Assembly (NCBI GenBank): GCA_963801355.1
Contig: CAWDEM010000004.1
Span: forward strand, 1,088,001-1,152,000
Reading direction: 5' to 3'
DNA from: Ignavibacteriota bacterium
GTDB taxonomy: Bacteria; Bacteroidota; Ignavibacteria; UBA10030; UBA6906
DNA length: 64,000 nt
The position numbers and the translations under genes are program-made. A model generated the notes under the pieces. The model had not been told where the DNA came from and did no database searches. It saw nothing but the letters and a program-made list of their open reading frames with translations. Position 1 is the first letter of the stretch. Every line of letters begins with the position of its first letter. Positions 50,132-59,376 of this stretch are shown here, in pieces.

Positions 50132-52073
50132 CCAGCCCCTGTCGGCGCAGAGATTGTGGTGGCCGGTTGTGTGCCTGGTCCTGGCGGCATCCGTCGGGTC
50201 CGCCGGCGGGCAACGCCGTTCCGGCAGCACACTCCTCCCCCTCCTTGATGTCCTCCACTATAACATCGAGGTGACACTGGATATGACCGGGGGAGCACTC
50301 GAAGGGCGCGTCACGATGACGATGCGCCTCAACAGTGCGGCGCAACTAATCGTGGTGAATGCGGCGGGCCTGACGATTGACCGGGCAACAGTGGACGGGG
50401 AACTCTGGTCGGCATCCCTCGACGGCGTTCAGGAAACACTCACGTTGCGCGGTCCCGGTGCCGGCCGCCCCGCGGGCGATACGGTATCGGTTGCTATTGA
50501 CTACCGTCGTCCGGAAGGCGGGAGGCCGGGCGGACGATGGGGATACTACTTCTTCCTTGATACACTCGGCATTCCCTCCAATCTGGGGTATACGCTTGCG
50601 GAACCCTCGGACGCAAGGTTCTGGATGCCCTGCGTCGATTCGCCGGATGACAAGGCCACGGCTGATCTTGCGGTGACAGTGCCTGCGGGCTATGTCGCCG
50701 CCAGCAACGGCAAGCTCATGGGGGTGACTGCAGCGGCGGGGAACACCATGGTGTGGCACTGGCGCGAGGCACACCCGATCGCCACCTATCTCCTCTCTAT
50801 TACTGCGTCGCGATTCACCATTTCGACCGTTCCGTTTGTGCGTGCTGCAGGGGATACGGTGCCCGTGCAGTATTACGTATGGCCGGAGGACTCCGCGGAG
50901 TGCGCTGCGTATCTTCCTGTGGTGCGCAGTATGATCGGGGGCCTCAGCGCCGTGTTCGGGCCGTACCCGTTCGACAAATACGGGATGACTGCCGTTGTGC
51001 CGTTTGCTTACGGCGGGATGGAGCACCAGACCATCACCACGTTGAACCGCTTTCTCAAGACCAATGAAAAAGTGGTTGTGCATGAACTGGCACATCAGTG
51101 GTGGGGCGATCTGGTGACCTGCGGAACGTGGAGGGATATCTGGCTCAACGAGAGCTTTGCCACATATGCAGAGGCCCTCTGGGAGGAACAGAAAGGCGGG
51201 CGGGACGCCCTCAGGCGCTATATGCACGGCGCGCTGGAACACTTCAATTACGCGTCATGGCGGGGATCGCTGTATGACCCCGAAGGGCAGGGTTTCAATC
51301 TGTTTGACGATGTCGTCTACAGCAAAGGCGCATGGGTGCTGCATACACTCCGGGGGGTGGTCGGCGATTCCCTTTTCTTCCGGATCCTGGGCCGTTACCG
51401 CGCCCTGTATGCCGGAGGAAACGCGACCACCGGAGATCTGCGCGCAGTTGTCGATACCGTCACCGGGCAGAGCATGCAGTGGTTCTTTGATCAGTGGGTG
51501 TACGGTCCGGGATGGCCGATGTACGCCGGCACGTTCAGCTGGTCATCTGATACACTGACCGTCAGCGTAACACAGGAGCAAACGCCGTCATGGCCGACGT
51601 TCACGGTCCCGCTGCAGGTAAGGGCAACGAACGGCGTGCGCGACACGATGTTCACCATTGTTCCCGATGAACGGTTTTTTGTGACACGGATACCCCTTTC
51701 ATTTTCTCCGACGTCGATTGTACTGGACCCTGATAGCCTGGTTCTAAAACAGAGTGTTGTATCCACAGGGATATCGGAAGCGCCGGAACAACCATCGGAA
51801 TTCCTGCTGGAACAAAACTATCCCAATCCGTTCAATCCCAGTACGACCATACGATTTTCGATCGTGGATCCACAATTCACAAGTCTTCGTGTGTATGACA
51901 TGCTGGGGCGTGAGGTGGCGGTGCTGGTAGACGAACAGAGGCCCGCAGGGCGGTACACGGTTACGTTTCCCGCTGCCGGCGAAAGAAGTCCGGGGCTGGC
52001 GAGCGGTGTGTATTTTGTCCGTCTGCAGGCAGGCGGGAGGGTTGCGGTGAAGTCGATGCTGCTCATCCGGTAG
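50106..52073 (+). CDS. M1-family aminopeptidase with T9SS C-terminal domain
   Basis: GGMEHQ, HELAHQWWGD...WLNESFATY, VYSKGA; LEQNYPNPFNPSTTI...KSMLLIR; start uncertain. Confidence 0.92.
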   Translation: MRRSWRKADQPLSAQRLWWPVVCLVLAASVGSAGGQRRSGSTLLPLLDVLHYNIEVTLDMTGGALEGRVTMTMRLNSAAQLIVVNAAGLTIDRATVDGELWSASLDGVQETLTLRGPGAGRPAGDTVSVAIDYRRPEGGRPGGRWGYYFFLDTLGIPSNLGYTLAEPSDARFWMPCVDSPDDKATADLAVTVPAGYVAASNGKLMGVTAAAGNTMVWHWREAHPIATYLLSITASRFTISTVPFVRAAGDTVPVQYYVWPEDSAECAAYLPVVRSMIGGLSAVFGPYPFDKYGMTAVVPFAYGGMEHQTITTLNRFLKTNEKVVVHELAHQWWGDLVTCGTWRDIWLNESFATYAEALWEEQKGGRDALRRYMHGALEHFNYASWRGSLYDPEGQGFNLFDDVVYSKGAWVLHTLRGVVGDSLFFRILGRYRALYAGGNATTGDLRAVVDTVTGQSMQWFFDQWVYGPGWPMYAGTFSWSSDTLTVSVTQEQTPSWPTFTVPLQVRATNGVRDTMFTIVPDERFFVTRIPLSFSPTSIVLDPDSLVLKQSVVSTGISEAPEQPSEFLLEQNYPNPFNPSTTIRFSIVDPQFTSLRVYDMLGREVAVLVDEQRPAGRYTVTFPAAGERSPGLASGVYFVRLQAGGRVAVKSMLLIR

Positions 52074-52086
52074 AGGCGATGGCGCG

Positions 52087-53988
52087 ATGGAAGAACCTGT
52101 TCAACCGATCATTTCCATCAGGATCAGCGATGAGTCAGTGTCGCTCGCCCAGAAGCTCGAAGCGCTGCCTGCAGGTCCGGGCGTCTACCAGCACAAGGAC
52201 GCCGAAGGGAATGTACTTTATGTAGGGAAAGCAAAAAGCCTCAGGAACCGCGTGCGGCAGTATTTCCAGAAATCCCGCTCTGTGGACCGCCGCATTGAGC
52301 TCATGCTTCAACGTGCCACCGATCTGGAAATCATCGTGACAGATTCCGAAGTCGAGGCGCTGATCCTCGAAGCGAATCTCATCAAAAAACTCCGTCCGCG
52401 GTACAACGTCAACCTCAAAGACGATAAGAGTTATCCCTACATCGTCGTCACCAATGAACCCTACCCCCGTGTCTTTGTCACGCGGCGGATACGGCGTGAC
52501 GGGTCCCGATATTTCGGCCCCTACACTGACGTGAAGAATGTCCGTTCCGCCCTGAAGGCGGTGCGGGATATTTTCATGATTCGCAGCTGCAATTTCGCCC
52601 TTGATGCCGACTCGATCGCACGCAAGAAATACCGGCTCTGCCTTGATTACCACATCAAGAAGTGCGAAGGTCCCTGCGAGGGTCTGGTGTCCCGGGAACG
52701 GTATCAGAGCATGATAGACCAGGTTGCCGCCGTGCTGCGAGGCAAGACCGACACCCTGATCGCCCGTCTGCGTGAGGAGATGGAAGGGCTTTCCACTGCG
52801 ATGAGGTTTGAGGATGCGGCCCTGGTGCGGGACCGTATCAAGGGACTGCAAGCGTATAGCGAGCGGCAGAAAGTGGCCCTGCTGGATAGCGGGGATCGGG
52901 ATATCGTGTCCTTTGCGGCGGAAGGAGACGATGCCTGCGGGGTGATCTTCGCGATTCGTGAAGGCAAGATGATCGGACGGCGGCATTATTACATGAACAA
53001 TGTGGAAAACAGGCCCTCATCCGAAATCCTCAGCATCGTGCTGCAGCAGCACTATCTTGAGGCGGAGGATCTTCCCGCTGACATTCTCGTACCCGAGCCC
53101 CCGGAGGATAGTGCTGTTGTCCAGCAGTGGCTGACAAACCGTCGGGGTGCTCCCCTGTCGGTGCGCCTCCCGGCGGAAGGAGAGGAAACTACGCTGGTGA
53201 ATCTCTCGCGGACCAACGCCCGTTTCCTGCTGGATGAACTGAAGATACAGCGGATGAAGAAGTCCGACTATGTCCCCCATGCCGTTGTGTCACTTCAAAA
53301 AGACCTGCGCCTCAACCGATTACCGAGACGCATCGAGTGCTTCGACATTTCAAACATCCAGGGGACGGATGCGGTCGCATCCATGGTGGTGTTTGTTGAC
53401 GGAAAGCCGCGGAAGAGCGAATACCGGAAGTTCAAGATCCGGAGCGTGCACGGCCCGGATGATTTCGCAAGCATGCGCGAAGTGATCGAGCGGCGGTATA
53501 CCCGGCTGGTTGATGAACAGGGGACGCCTCCGGATCTCATCATGGTCGACGGGGGAAAAGGGCAACTCTCCAGCGCAGTCGAAGTGCTCACTGCGCTCGG
53601 GCTGTCCGGTGTGCCCATTATCGGCCTGGCCAAACGGCTGGAGGAGGTGTTCCTCCCCGGCAAAAGCGACCCCGAACTCATTGCGAAGACTTCGACGGGA
53701 CTCCGGTTGCTCCAGCAGGTACGCGATGAGGCACACCGGTTCGCCATTACCTATCACCGCACGTTGCGGGAGAAACGGACGTTGCGGACGGAGCTTGATC
53801 TCATCGCCGGCGTCGGCGACAAGAGAGCGAAGGAGCTTCTGGAAGTGTTCGGGTCTGTTCAGGGAGTCCGGTTCGCGACAACCGAACAGCTTGCAGCCGT
53901 CGTCGGCGACAAAGTAGCAGGAAAGATAAAGGAATACTTCGATCTCGGGGACTTGCCGGCTGAAAACGGGGACAAGGCAAAAGGGTGA
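52087..53988 (+). CDS. uvrC: excinuclease ABC subunit C
   Basis: PGVY...LYVGKAK, LKDDKSYPY, RIECFDISN, DGGKGQ, RDEAHRFA, HhH. Confidence 0.96.
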   Translation: MEEPVQPIISIRISDESVSLAQKLEALPAGPGVYQHKDAEGNVLYVGKAKSLRNRVRQYFQKSRSVDRRIELMLQRATDLEIIVTDSEVEALILEANLIKKLRPRYNVNLKDDKSYPYIVVTNEPYPRVFVTRRIRRDGSRYFGPYTDVKNVRSALKAVRDIFMIRSCNFALDADSIARKKYRLCLDYHIKKCEGPCEGLVSRERYQSMIDQVAAVLRGKTDTLIARLREEMEGLSTAMRFEDAALVRDRIKGLQAYSERQKVALLDSGDRDIVSFAAEGDDACGVIFAIREGKMIGRRHYYMNNVENRPSSEILSIVLQQHYLEAEDLPADILVPEPPEDSAVVQQWLTNRRGAPLSVRLPAEGEETTLVNLSRTNARFLLDELKIQRMKKSDYVPHAVVSLQKDLRLNRLPRRIECFDISNIQGTDAVASMVVFVDGKPRKSEYRKFKIRSVHGPDDFASMREVIERRYTRLVDEQGTPPDLIMVDGGKGQLSSAVEVLTALGLSGVPIIGLAKRLEEVFLPGKSDPELIAKTSTGLRLLQQVRDEAHRFAITYHRTLREKRTLRTELDLIAGVGDKRAKELLEVFGSVQGVRFATTEQLAAVVGDKVAGKIKEYFDLGDLPAENGDKAKG

Positions 53989-54153
53989 ACATGTGGCCAA
54001 TATTGGACTTCATTGTCGATGCACCCCCGTCAGACCTCACGATTCGGACAGGCATATCCACATCCCGGATGGTATGAAAGTTGCTCTCCCAACAAGGGGT
54101 GAAACGGGGTTTTGCCGCGAATGAGCCGGCCTTAGAGCGTGTGGAGACAGGCA

Positions 54154-54801
54154 ATGCACGATATGCCTCAACGGACGCCGGGGATCTGGATGACAGAGCG
54201 CCAGTGCATGGAGATGCTGGATGAATTGCACGTTGCGCGTGTGTCCAAAGCCGCCGGCGCGAAAATGATGTTGACAGTCGTCGGTCCCGATGGTGGTGAG
54301 ACTCTGTCGGTTACGGAGATCAAGGGACGGTCATCGATCACACTTGCGACACTTGAGGAACGCAAGCGGGGTGTCGAGGAGAATGTGGAGCACCTCAAAC
54401 GCGATAGTCAGTTGACACCGGAAGAGGAACATGAGAAGCGGCGATTACTGCTGGAGATCGGGACGGAGATGTCCCATCAGCGCACAATCGTCGGGGCAAT
54501 GAACTATCTCCAGATTCATTTCAAGGACATGGAGCCGAAGCTGTCACTCCGTGAGGCGCAGTTGCTGGGGGCCCGGGCGGTCCGTGAGGGGAGGGCCAAA
54601 CTCCGCTGGACAAAGGGGATCAAGTCGGCCGCCCTCTATTGCCTGAAAGAATCTCAAAAGGAATCAAATGCGGGGAAGCCTCCTCTCAGCCTCTGCCGGG
54701 AGTTCCTGAAACAGTACGTCATTGACGGCGAGGAAGACTACGGTCCGGAACAACTCCTGAGGAACATGCAACAGATTCTTCAGCTTGAAAGGGCTCAATA
54801 G
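54154..54801 (+). CDS. hypothetical protein
   Basis: ORF of about 215 aa filling the uvrC-tRNA gap with GGAG upstream; no recognised motif; start uncertain. Confidence 0.6.
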   Translation: MHDMPQRTPGIWMTERQCMEMLDELHVARVSKAAGAKMMLTVVGPDGGETLSVTEIKGRSSITLATLEERKRGVEENVEHLKRDSQLTPEEEHEKRRLLLEIGTEMSHQRTIVGAMNYLQIHFKDMEPKLSLREAQLLGARAVREGRAKLRWTKGIKSAALYCLKESQKESNAGKPPLSLCREFLKQYVIDGEEDYGPEQLLRNMQQILQLERAQ

Positions 54802-54838
54802 ACCGGCCGAAGGCGTCCGAAGCCGTCACAGAAGCGAC

Positions 54839-54867
54839 TTGCACATCCGCAGCAAAACGCGTATATT
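54839..54867 (+). promoter_or_regulatory. sigma70 promoter of tRNA-Val and pyr genes
   Basis: TTGCAC-17 nt-TATATT. Confidence 0.65.
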
Positions 54868-54880
54868 CTCCTGGTTTTGA

Positions 54881-54954
<74 letters not shown>

Positions 54955-54956
54955 CC

Positions 54957-54990
54957 CCCTTTAAATCCTGCACGGAGAGGCAGGAAAGGG
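54957..54990 (+). promoter_or_regulatory. PyrR-binding RNA element
   Basis: CCCTTTAA-ATCCTGCA-CGGAGA-GGCAGGA-AAGGG shows CUUUAA, a CNGNGA loop and AAGG, upstream of pyrR. Confidence 0.75.
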
Positions 54991-55088
54991 TTGCGCAGTG
55001 AACCTGAACCTCCCAACGAACATACCTGATGAGTTCCCGCGACGCGGACGAACTCTCACACCCCGCCCCAGCATAACGGAATACTCCG

Positions 55089-55634
55089 ATGCGACGACTC
55101 AAAGCACAAATCATTGACAATGAAGGTTTCGACCGGACCCTCACGCGGCTGGCACACGAAATTCTGGAAAAGAATCGAGGGGCCTCCAACATTGTCATTG
55201 TCGGCATCCGCACACGGGGGGAATTCATCGCCCGGCGGATCGCCAGAATCATCGAAGACGTCGAACACACGAAGCTGCATATCGGTTCACTGGACATCAC
55301 GCTGTATCGCGACGACCTGCTTGGCAAGCTGGAGCAGCCGCAGCTGAAAGGAACGGAAATATTGTTCGACATCAGCGGCCACGACGTGATCCTGATTGAT
55401 GATGTGCTGTTCACCGGCCGGACGATCCGTGCGGCTCTTGATGAACTGATTGATCTCGGCCGCCCCCGGACCATCCAGCTTGCGGTCCTGGTCGATCGCG
55501 GACACCGGCAGTTGCCGATCCGGGCGGACTATGTGGGGAAGAACGTTCCCACTTCCGCGAACGAGTCGATTCGCGTGCATGTGAAAGAGGTGGATGGTGA
55601 AGACACCGTCCTCCTGATGCATCCCGAAGAGTGA
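55089..55634 (+). CDS. pyrR: pyrimidine operon regulator / uracil phosphoribosyltransferase
   Basis: GIRTRG, LDITLYRDD, IDDVLFTGRTIRAA, DRGHRQLPIRADYVGK. Confidence 0.96.
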   Translation: MRRLKAQIIDNEGFDRTLTRLAHEILEKNRGASNIVIVGIRTRGEFIARRIARIIEDVEHTKLHIGSLDITLYRDDLLGKLEQPQLKGTEILFDISGHDVILIDDVLFTGRTIRAALDELIDLGRPRTIQLAVLVDRGHRQLPIRADYVGKNVPTSANESIRVHVKEVDGEDTVLLMHPEE

Positions 55635-55660
55635 AACGCCGACCACCAGAAAGAACATCC

Positions 55661-56581
55661 ATGCCACTGCACAGCAAACACCTTCTCGGCCTGGACGGTA
55701 TGAGCCGTGAAGATCTTCAGTTGATCCTGGATACCGCGGTCTCATTCCGCGAGGTGCTGGAGCGTCCCATCAAGAAAGTGCCCCCGCTTCAGGGAAAGAC
55801 CGTCGCAAACATGTTTTTTGAGAATTCCACACGCACACGGCTCTCCTTCGAATTGGCGGAACGGCGCCTCTCTGCGGATGTCCTCGGTTTTTCGGCGACG
55901 GGGAGCAGCGTCAGCAAAGGGGAGACCCTCAAGGATACGGCGCGAAACATTGAAGCGATGAAGGTGGACATGGTGGTGATGCGTCATAGCGCTGCGGGCG
56001 CACCGCATTACCTCTCCCGCGTCATCGACGCGAACGTCATCAATGCGGGCGACGGCTCGCACGAACACCCGACGCAGGGCCTGCTGGACATGTTCACGAT
56101 TCGCGAGAAGCACGGCAGGTTGAATGATCTCCATGTCTGTATCGTGGGGGATGTTTCCCATAGCCGGGTCGCCCGTTCAAATATCCTGGGCCTGAAGACG
56201 ATGGGGGCGCGGGTGTCCGTGTGTGGACCGGCGACCATGATTCCACGCGAGATCGAGCGGCTCGGCGTCGAAGTGTACCATCACCTGGATGACGTCCTCC
56301 CGACAGTTGACGTCCTGAACGTGCTGCGCATACAGCTGGAACGGGATGCGGGCCGGCTCTTTCCGACGATCCGGGAGTACCGGCAGACGTACGGGATTAC
56401 CCGGCAGCGCCTGGAAAAAGCCGGCCGGGTGATAACGATCATGCACCCCGGCCCGATCAACCGGGACGTCGAAATTTCCGCGGATGTGGCCGACAGCGAG
56501 CATTCCGTGATCCTCCAGCAGGTGCTCAACGGTGTTGCTGTGCGGATGTCGGTGCTGTACTTGCTGTCGACGCGCAGCTAG
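55661..56581 (+). CDS. pyrB: aspartate carbamoyltransferase catalytic subunit
   Basis: FFENSTRTR, SKGETL, NAGDG.HEHPTQ, LRIQLER, MHPGPINR. Confidence 0.96.
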   Translation: MPLHSKHLLGLDGMSREDLQLILDTAVSFREVLERPIKKVPPLQGKTVANMFFENSTRTRLSFELAERRLSADVLGFSATGSSVSKGETLKDTARNIEAMKVDMVVMRHSAAGAPHYLSRVIDANVINAGDGSHEHPTQGLLDMFTIREKHGRLNDLHVCIVGDVSHSRVARSNILGLKTMGARVSVCGPATMIPREIERLGVEVYHHLDDVLPTVDVLNVLRIQLERDAGRLFPTIREYRQTYGITRQRLEKAGRVITIMHPGPINRDVEISADVADSEHSVILQQVLNGVAVRMSVLYLLSTRS

Positions 56582-56631
56582 AAGCTTCACAGAGAGTAAT
56601 CACTGAACTCATCATTCAACAGCAGACACCC

Positions 56632-57909
56632 ATGCAACTACTTCTGAAGGGCGGCAGGCTTATCGATCCTCCCACGGGGCGTGATGAAGTGCTGGATATC
56701 CTGGTACACGACGGTCGCATCGAGCGCACGGGTGCAAATCTCTCGGCGAGTGCCGCGCAGGTGATTGAACTCAAGGGGAAAATCATCGCGCCCGGATTCA
56801 TAGACATGCATGTGCATTTTCGCGAACCGGGCTATGAGTACAAGGAATCCATTGCGTCGGGATGCGCGGCCGCGGCGGCAGGCGGGTTCACCGCGGTGTG
56901 CTGCATGCCCAATACAAATCCTCCGATCGATGACGAATCGATTGTCCATTTCATTCACGGCCGTGCGCGCCTCGCGCTGGGAGGATTGGTCGACGTCTAC
57001 CCGGTCGGCGCCGTGACGGCCGGACGGAAAGGTGAACATCTGGCCCCGCTGGCGGAGCTTGCCGCTGCAGGCGCCATCGCGTTCTCGGATGACGGCGAAC
57101 CCGTGCATGATGCAGAACTCATGCGGCGCGCGCTCGAATACAGCGCGATGTTCAACAAACCGATCATCCAGCATGCCCAGGATCCCGCACTCACCAAGGG
57201 CGGCGTTGCAAATGAAGGGTATCCGTCGGCTTCTCTCGGACTTCCCCCTATGCCGCGGGTGGGTGAGGAGATCATGATCGCCCGCGATATCCGGCTGGCC
57301 GAGTATACCGGCGGGCAGTACCATGCGGCCCACGTCAGCGTTGCAGAGACGCTTGATCATATCAAGAATGCCAAAGCGAAAGGCCTTCACGTAACCTGTG
57401 AGGTGACGCCTCATCACTTCACACTGACGGATGAGGCCCTCTCTACATTCGACACAAATACAAAGATGAGTCCTCCGCTCCGCACCCGCGAGGATGTGGA
57501 AGCAATGAAGTCAGGGCTGAAAGAGGGCGTGATTGACGTCATCGCCACAGATCATGCCCCGCATTCGTACGACGAGAAAGAAGTCGAGTTTGCTCAAGCC
57601 CCCTTCGGCATCATCGGACTGGAAACGGCCCTGGGATTGGCCGTGACGGAACTTGTCCGGAAGAATGTCCTTTCTCTCTACCAGCTCGTGGAAAAGCTCT
57701 CAACCAATCCCCGGCAACTCCTTCATCTTCCGCCTGTTGCTGTGGCAGAAGGCGAGCAGGCAAATCTTACCCTGCTCGACCCGGCGGCCGAATGGATCGT
57801 GGACCCGTCGTCGTTCAAATCACGCGCAAGGAACACCCCCTTCGGCGGAGTCCGATTGGTGGGGAAGCCCTTCGGAATTCTCAACAACGGTATCGTCTTT
57901 TGGTGCTGA
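56632..57909 (+). CDS. pyrC: dihydroorotase (type I)
   Basis: PGFIDMHVHFREPG, MPNTNP, EVTPHH, PPLR, ATDHAPH, NTPF. Confidence 0.95.
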   Translation: MQLLLKGGRLIDPPTGRDEVLDILVHDGRIERTGANLSASAAQVIELKGKIIAPGFIDMHVHFREPGYEYKESIASGCAAAAAGGFTAVCCMPNTNPPIDDESIVHFIHGRARLALGGLVDVYPVGAVTAGRKGEHLAPLAELAAAGAIAFSDDGEPVHDAELMRRALEYSAMFNKPIIQHAQDPALTKGGVANEGYPSASLGLPPMPRVGEEIMIARDIRLAEYTGGQYHAAHVSVAETLDHIKNAKAKGLHVTCEVTPHHFTLTDEALSTFDTNTKMSPPLRTREDVEAMKSGLKEGVIDVIATDHAPHSYDEKEVEFAQAPFGIIGLETALGLAVTELVRKNVLSLYQLVEKLSTNPRQLLHLPPVAVAEGEQANLTLLDPAAEWIVDPSSFKSRARNTPFGGVRLVGKPFGILNNGIVFWC

Positions 57910-57947
57910 CTGTCCACTAAAATAGACGTCTGCATTTCCATCCATAC

Positions 57948-57993
57948 AAATCCCCCGTGGTCCCTGCCGAAATTGAGGACTTCCGGGGGATTT
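57948..57993 (+). terminator. hairpin after pyrC (probable terminator)
   Basis: AAATCCCCCG...CGGGGGATTT inverted repeat, weak U-tract. Confidence 0.45.
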
Positions 57994-58009
57994 GAATTCT
58001 GCTCAGCGA

Positions 58010-58024
58010 TGGCACATTGTTTGA
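58010..58024 (+). promoter_or_regulatory. sigma54-type -24/-12 promoter
   Basis: TGGCAC-ATTGT-TTGA. Confidence 0.65.
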
Positions 58025-58063
58025 ACCAAGCCTTGTGGAATTGTTAGACAAGGCGAGGTTCAC

Positions 58064-58861
58064 ATGAAAACGATCGGTTACACACTTGCTCTCCTGGCCA
58101 TCCTCCTGTCCGGATCCGGATGTCATGATTGGCTCCATGAACCGGATTTCACCGCTCCGATGCCCCCAAGGGGCCTGTACACGGCAACGGGAGACAATTT
58201 CATCGAGCTGTACTGGGATGAAAACCGCGAACCGGATCTGGCCGGATACGATGTGTACGTGAGTACCAGCTACAATGGCCGGTATGAGCTCATCGGCTCC
58301 TCGGAGAGCGCGTATTTCTGCGACGACGGCGCAAAGAACGGTTCGGTGTACTACTACGCTGTGAGCGCCTACGACTATGATGGCAACGAGAGCGAGTTGA
58401 GCACCGACGTGGCGTACGATATCCCGCGTCCGGAAGGCTATGATGTTACTCTGATGAATGCCGTCATCAATCCGGCTCAGTCGGCGTATGATTTCTCCAG
58501 ATACCTTGTGGTGGCGGACAACGACCAGTATGCAGACATGGTCTATGACAGGGCGAACGGGCAATACCGCATGAGCGTCGGACAGGATACCGACATTCAG
58601 GATATGGGTCCGACGGGTTCCATCCTTGATATCGGTCAGGCCCCGTCAGGTGGATGGTCGCCGACCCACGACGTGACACTCGTACCCGGTCACACATATG
58701 TGGTCTGGACCTGGGACGATCACTACGCCAAGTTCCGGATTTCGACGCTCTCGCAGAACCGCGCGGTGTTTGACTGGGCGTATCAGTTGATTCCTTCGAA
58801 CCGGCTGATGAAGCGGAATGTACCGTCGGTGCGGGGAGGCGGACTGCAGGCGGGTGGTTGA
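58064..58861 (+). CDS. lipoprotein with fibronectin type III-like domain
   Basis: Lipobox-like GSGC; APMPPRGL...LYWDEN.EPDLAGY.VY...YYYAVSAYDYDGNESELS. Confidence 0.8.
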   Translation: MKTIGYTLALLAILLSGSGCHDWLHEPDFTAPMPPRGLYTATGDNFIELYWDENREPDLAGYDVYVSTSYNGRYELIGSSESAYFCDDGAKNGSVYYYAVSAYDYDGNESELSTDVAYDIPRPEGYDVTLMNAVINPAQSAYDFSRYLVVADNDQYADMVYDRANGQYRMSVGQDTDIQDMGPTGSILDIGQAPSGGWSPTHDVTLVPGHTYVVWTWDDHYAKFRISTLSQNRAVFDWAYQLIPSNRLMKRNVPSVRGGGLQAGG

Positions 58862-58870
58862 TATGGGCGG

Positions 58871-58899
58871 TTGACTTTCGTCGCTCTTTGGCGTACTTT
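58871..58899 (+). promoter_or_regulatory. sigma70-type promoter
   Basis: TTGACT-17 nt-TACTTT. Confidence 0.55.
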
Positions 58900-58917
58900 T
58901 TTCCGCATAGGGGATAC

Positions 58918-59366
58918 ATGGTTAACGTGCGCACCTTCATATGCGGTGTACTTCTGGCCGGATCGCCGTTGATCGGTGGTCCGGCCTTTATATGTGCCCG
59001 TGCCCAGTCGCTCCAGGAGCCCGGTGGGGGAGCCGCGCTGGTATTCGGGGACCTGGAGAAGGGTATGCTGGCAGGATCGGTTGCGCACTTCTCCTCCCAT
59101 CTCGGACAGCGCATTTACCTTCAGCTGCCCGAGAGCCAAGAGGCGCATTACAGCGCACATCAGGCGTTCTACGTGCTCGACTCTTCCTGCGGAGGCACAA
59201 GGTGCTTGGAGTAAAGCTTTCCAGTGTCGAACGTGCGGCGCCAAATCCCTATGCCACCGGCAGTGTCACATATCTCTTTCAAGGAGTCCGGGAGGACGCA
59301 CACCTGTATGTTTCCCTCGCCGGGGAGGAAGATGATTGGATGATCACACACCTCAGCATCTACTGA
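58918..59366 (+). pseudogene. DUF4783-like exported protein with a frameshift near 59183
   Basis: Frame A ...HYSAHQAFYVLD joins frame B FLRRHKVL...PYATG...WMITHLSIY if one base is added. Confidence 0.65.
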
Positions 59367-59376
59367 ATTCCGCGCA

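Noticed and set aside
55026-55055. Hammerhead ribozyme (CTGATGAG...CGAA)
   Set aside because: The core ends GAAC rather than GAAA, and the region folds better as a simple GAGTTC/GAACTC hairpin
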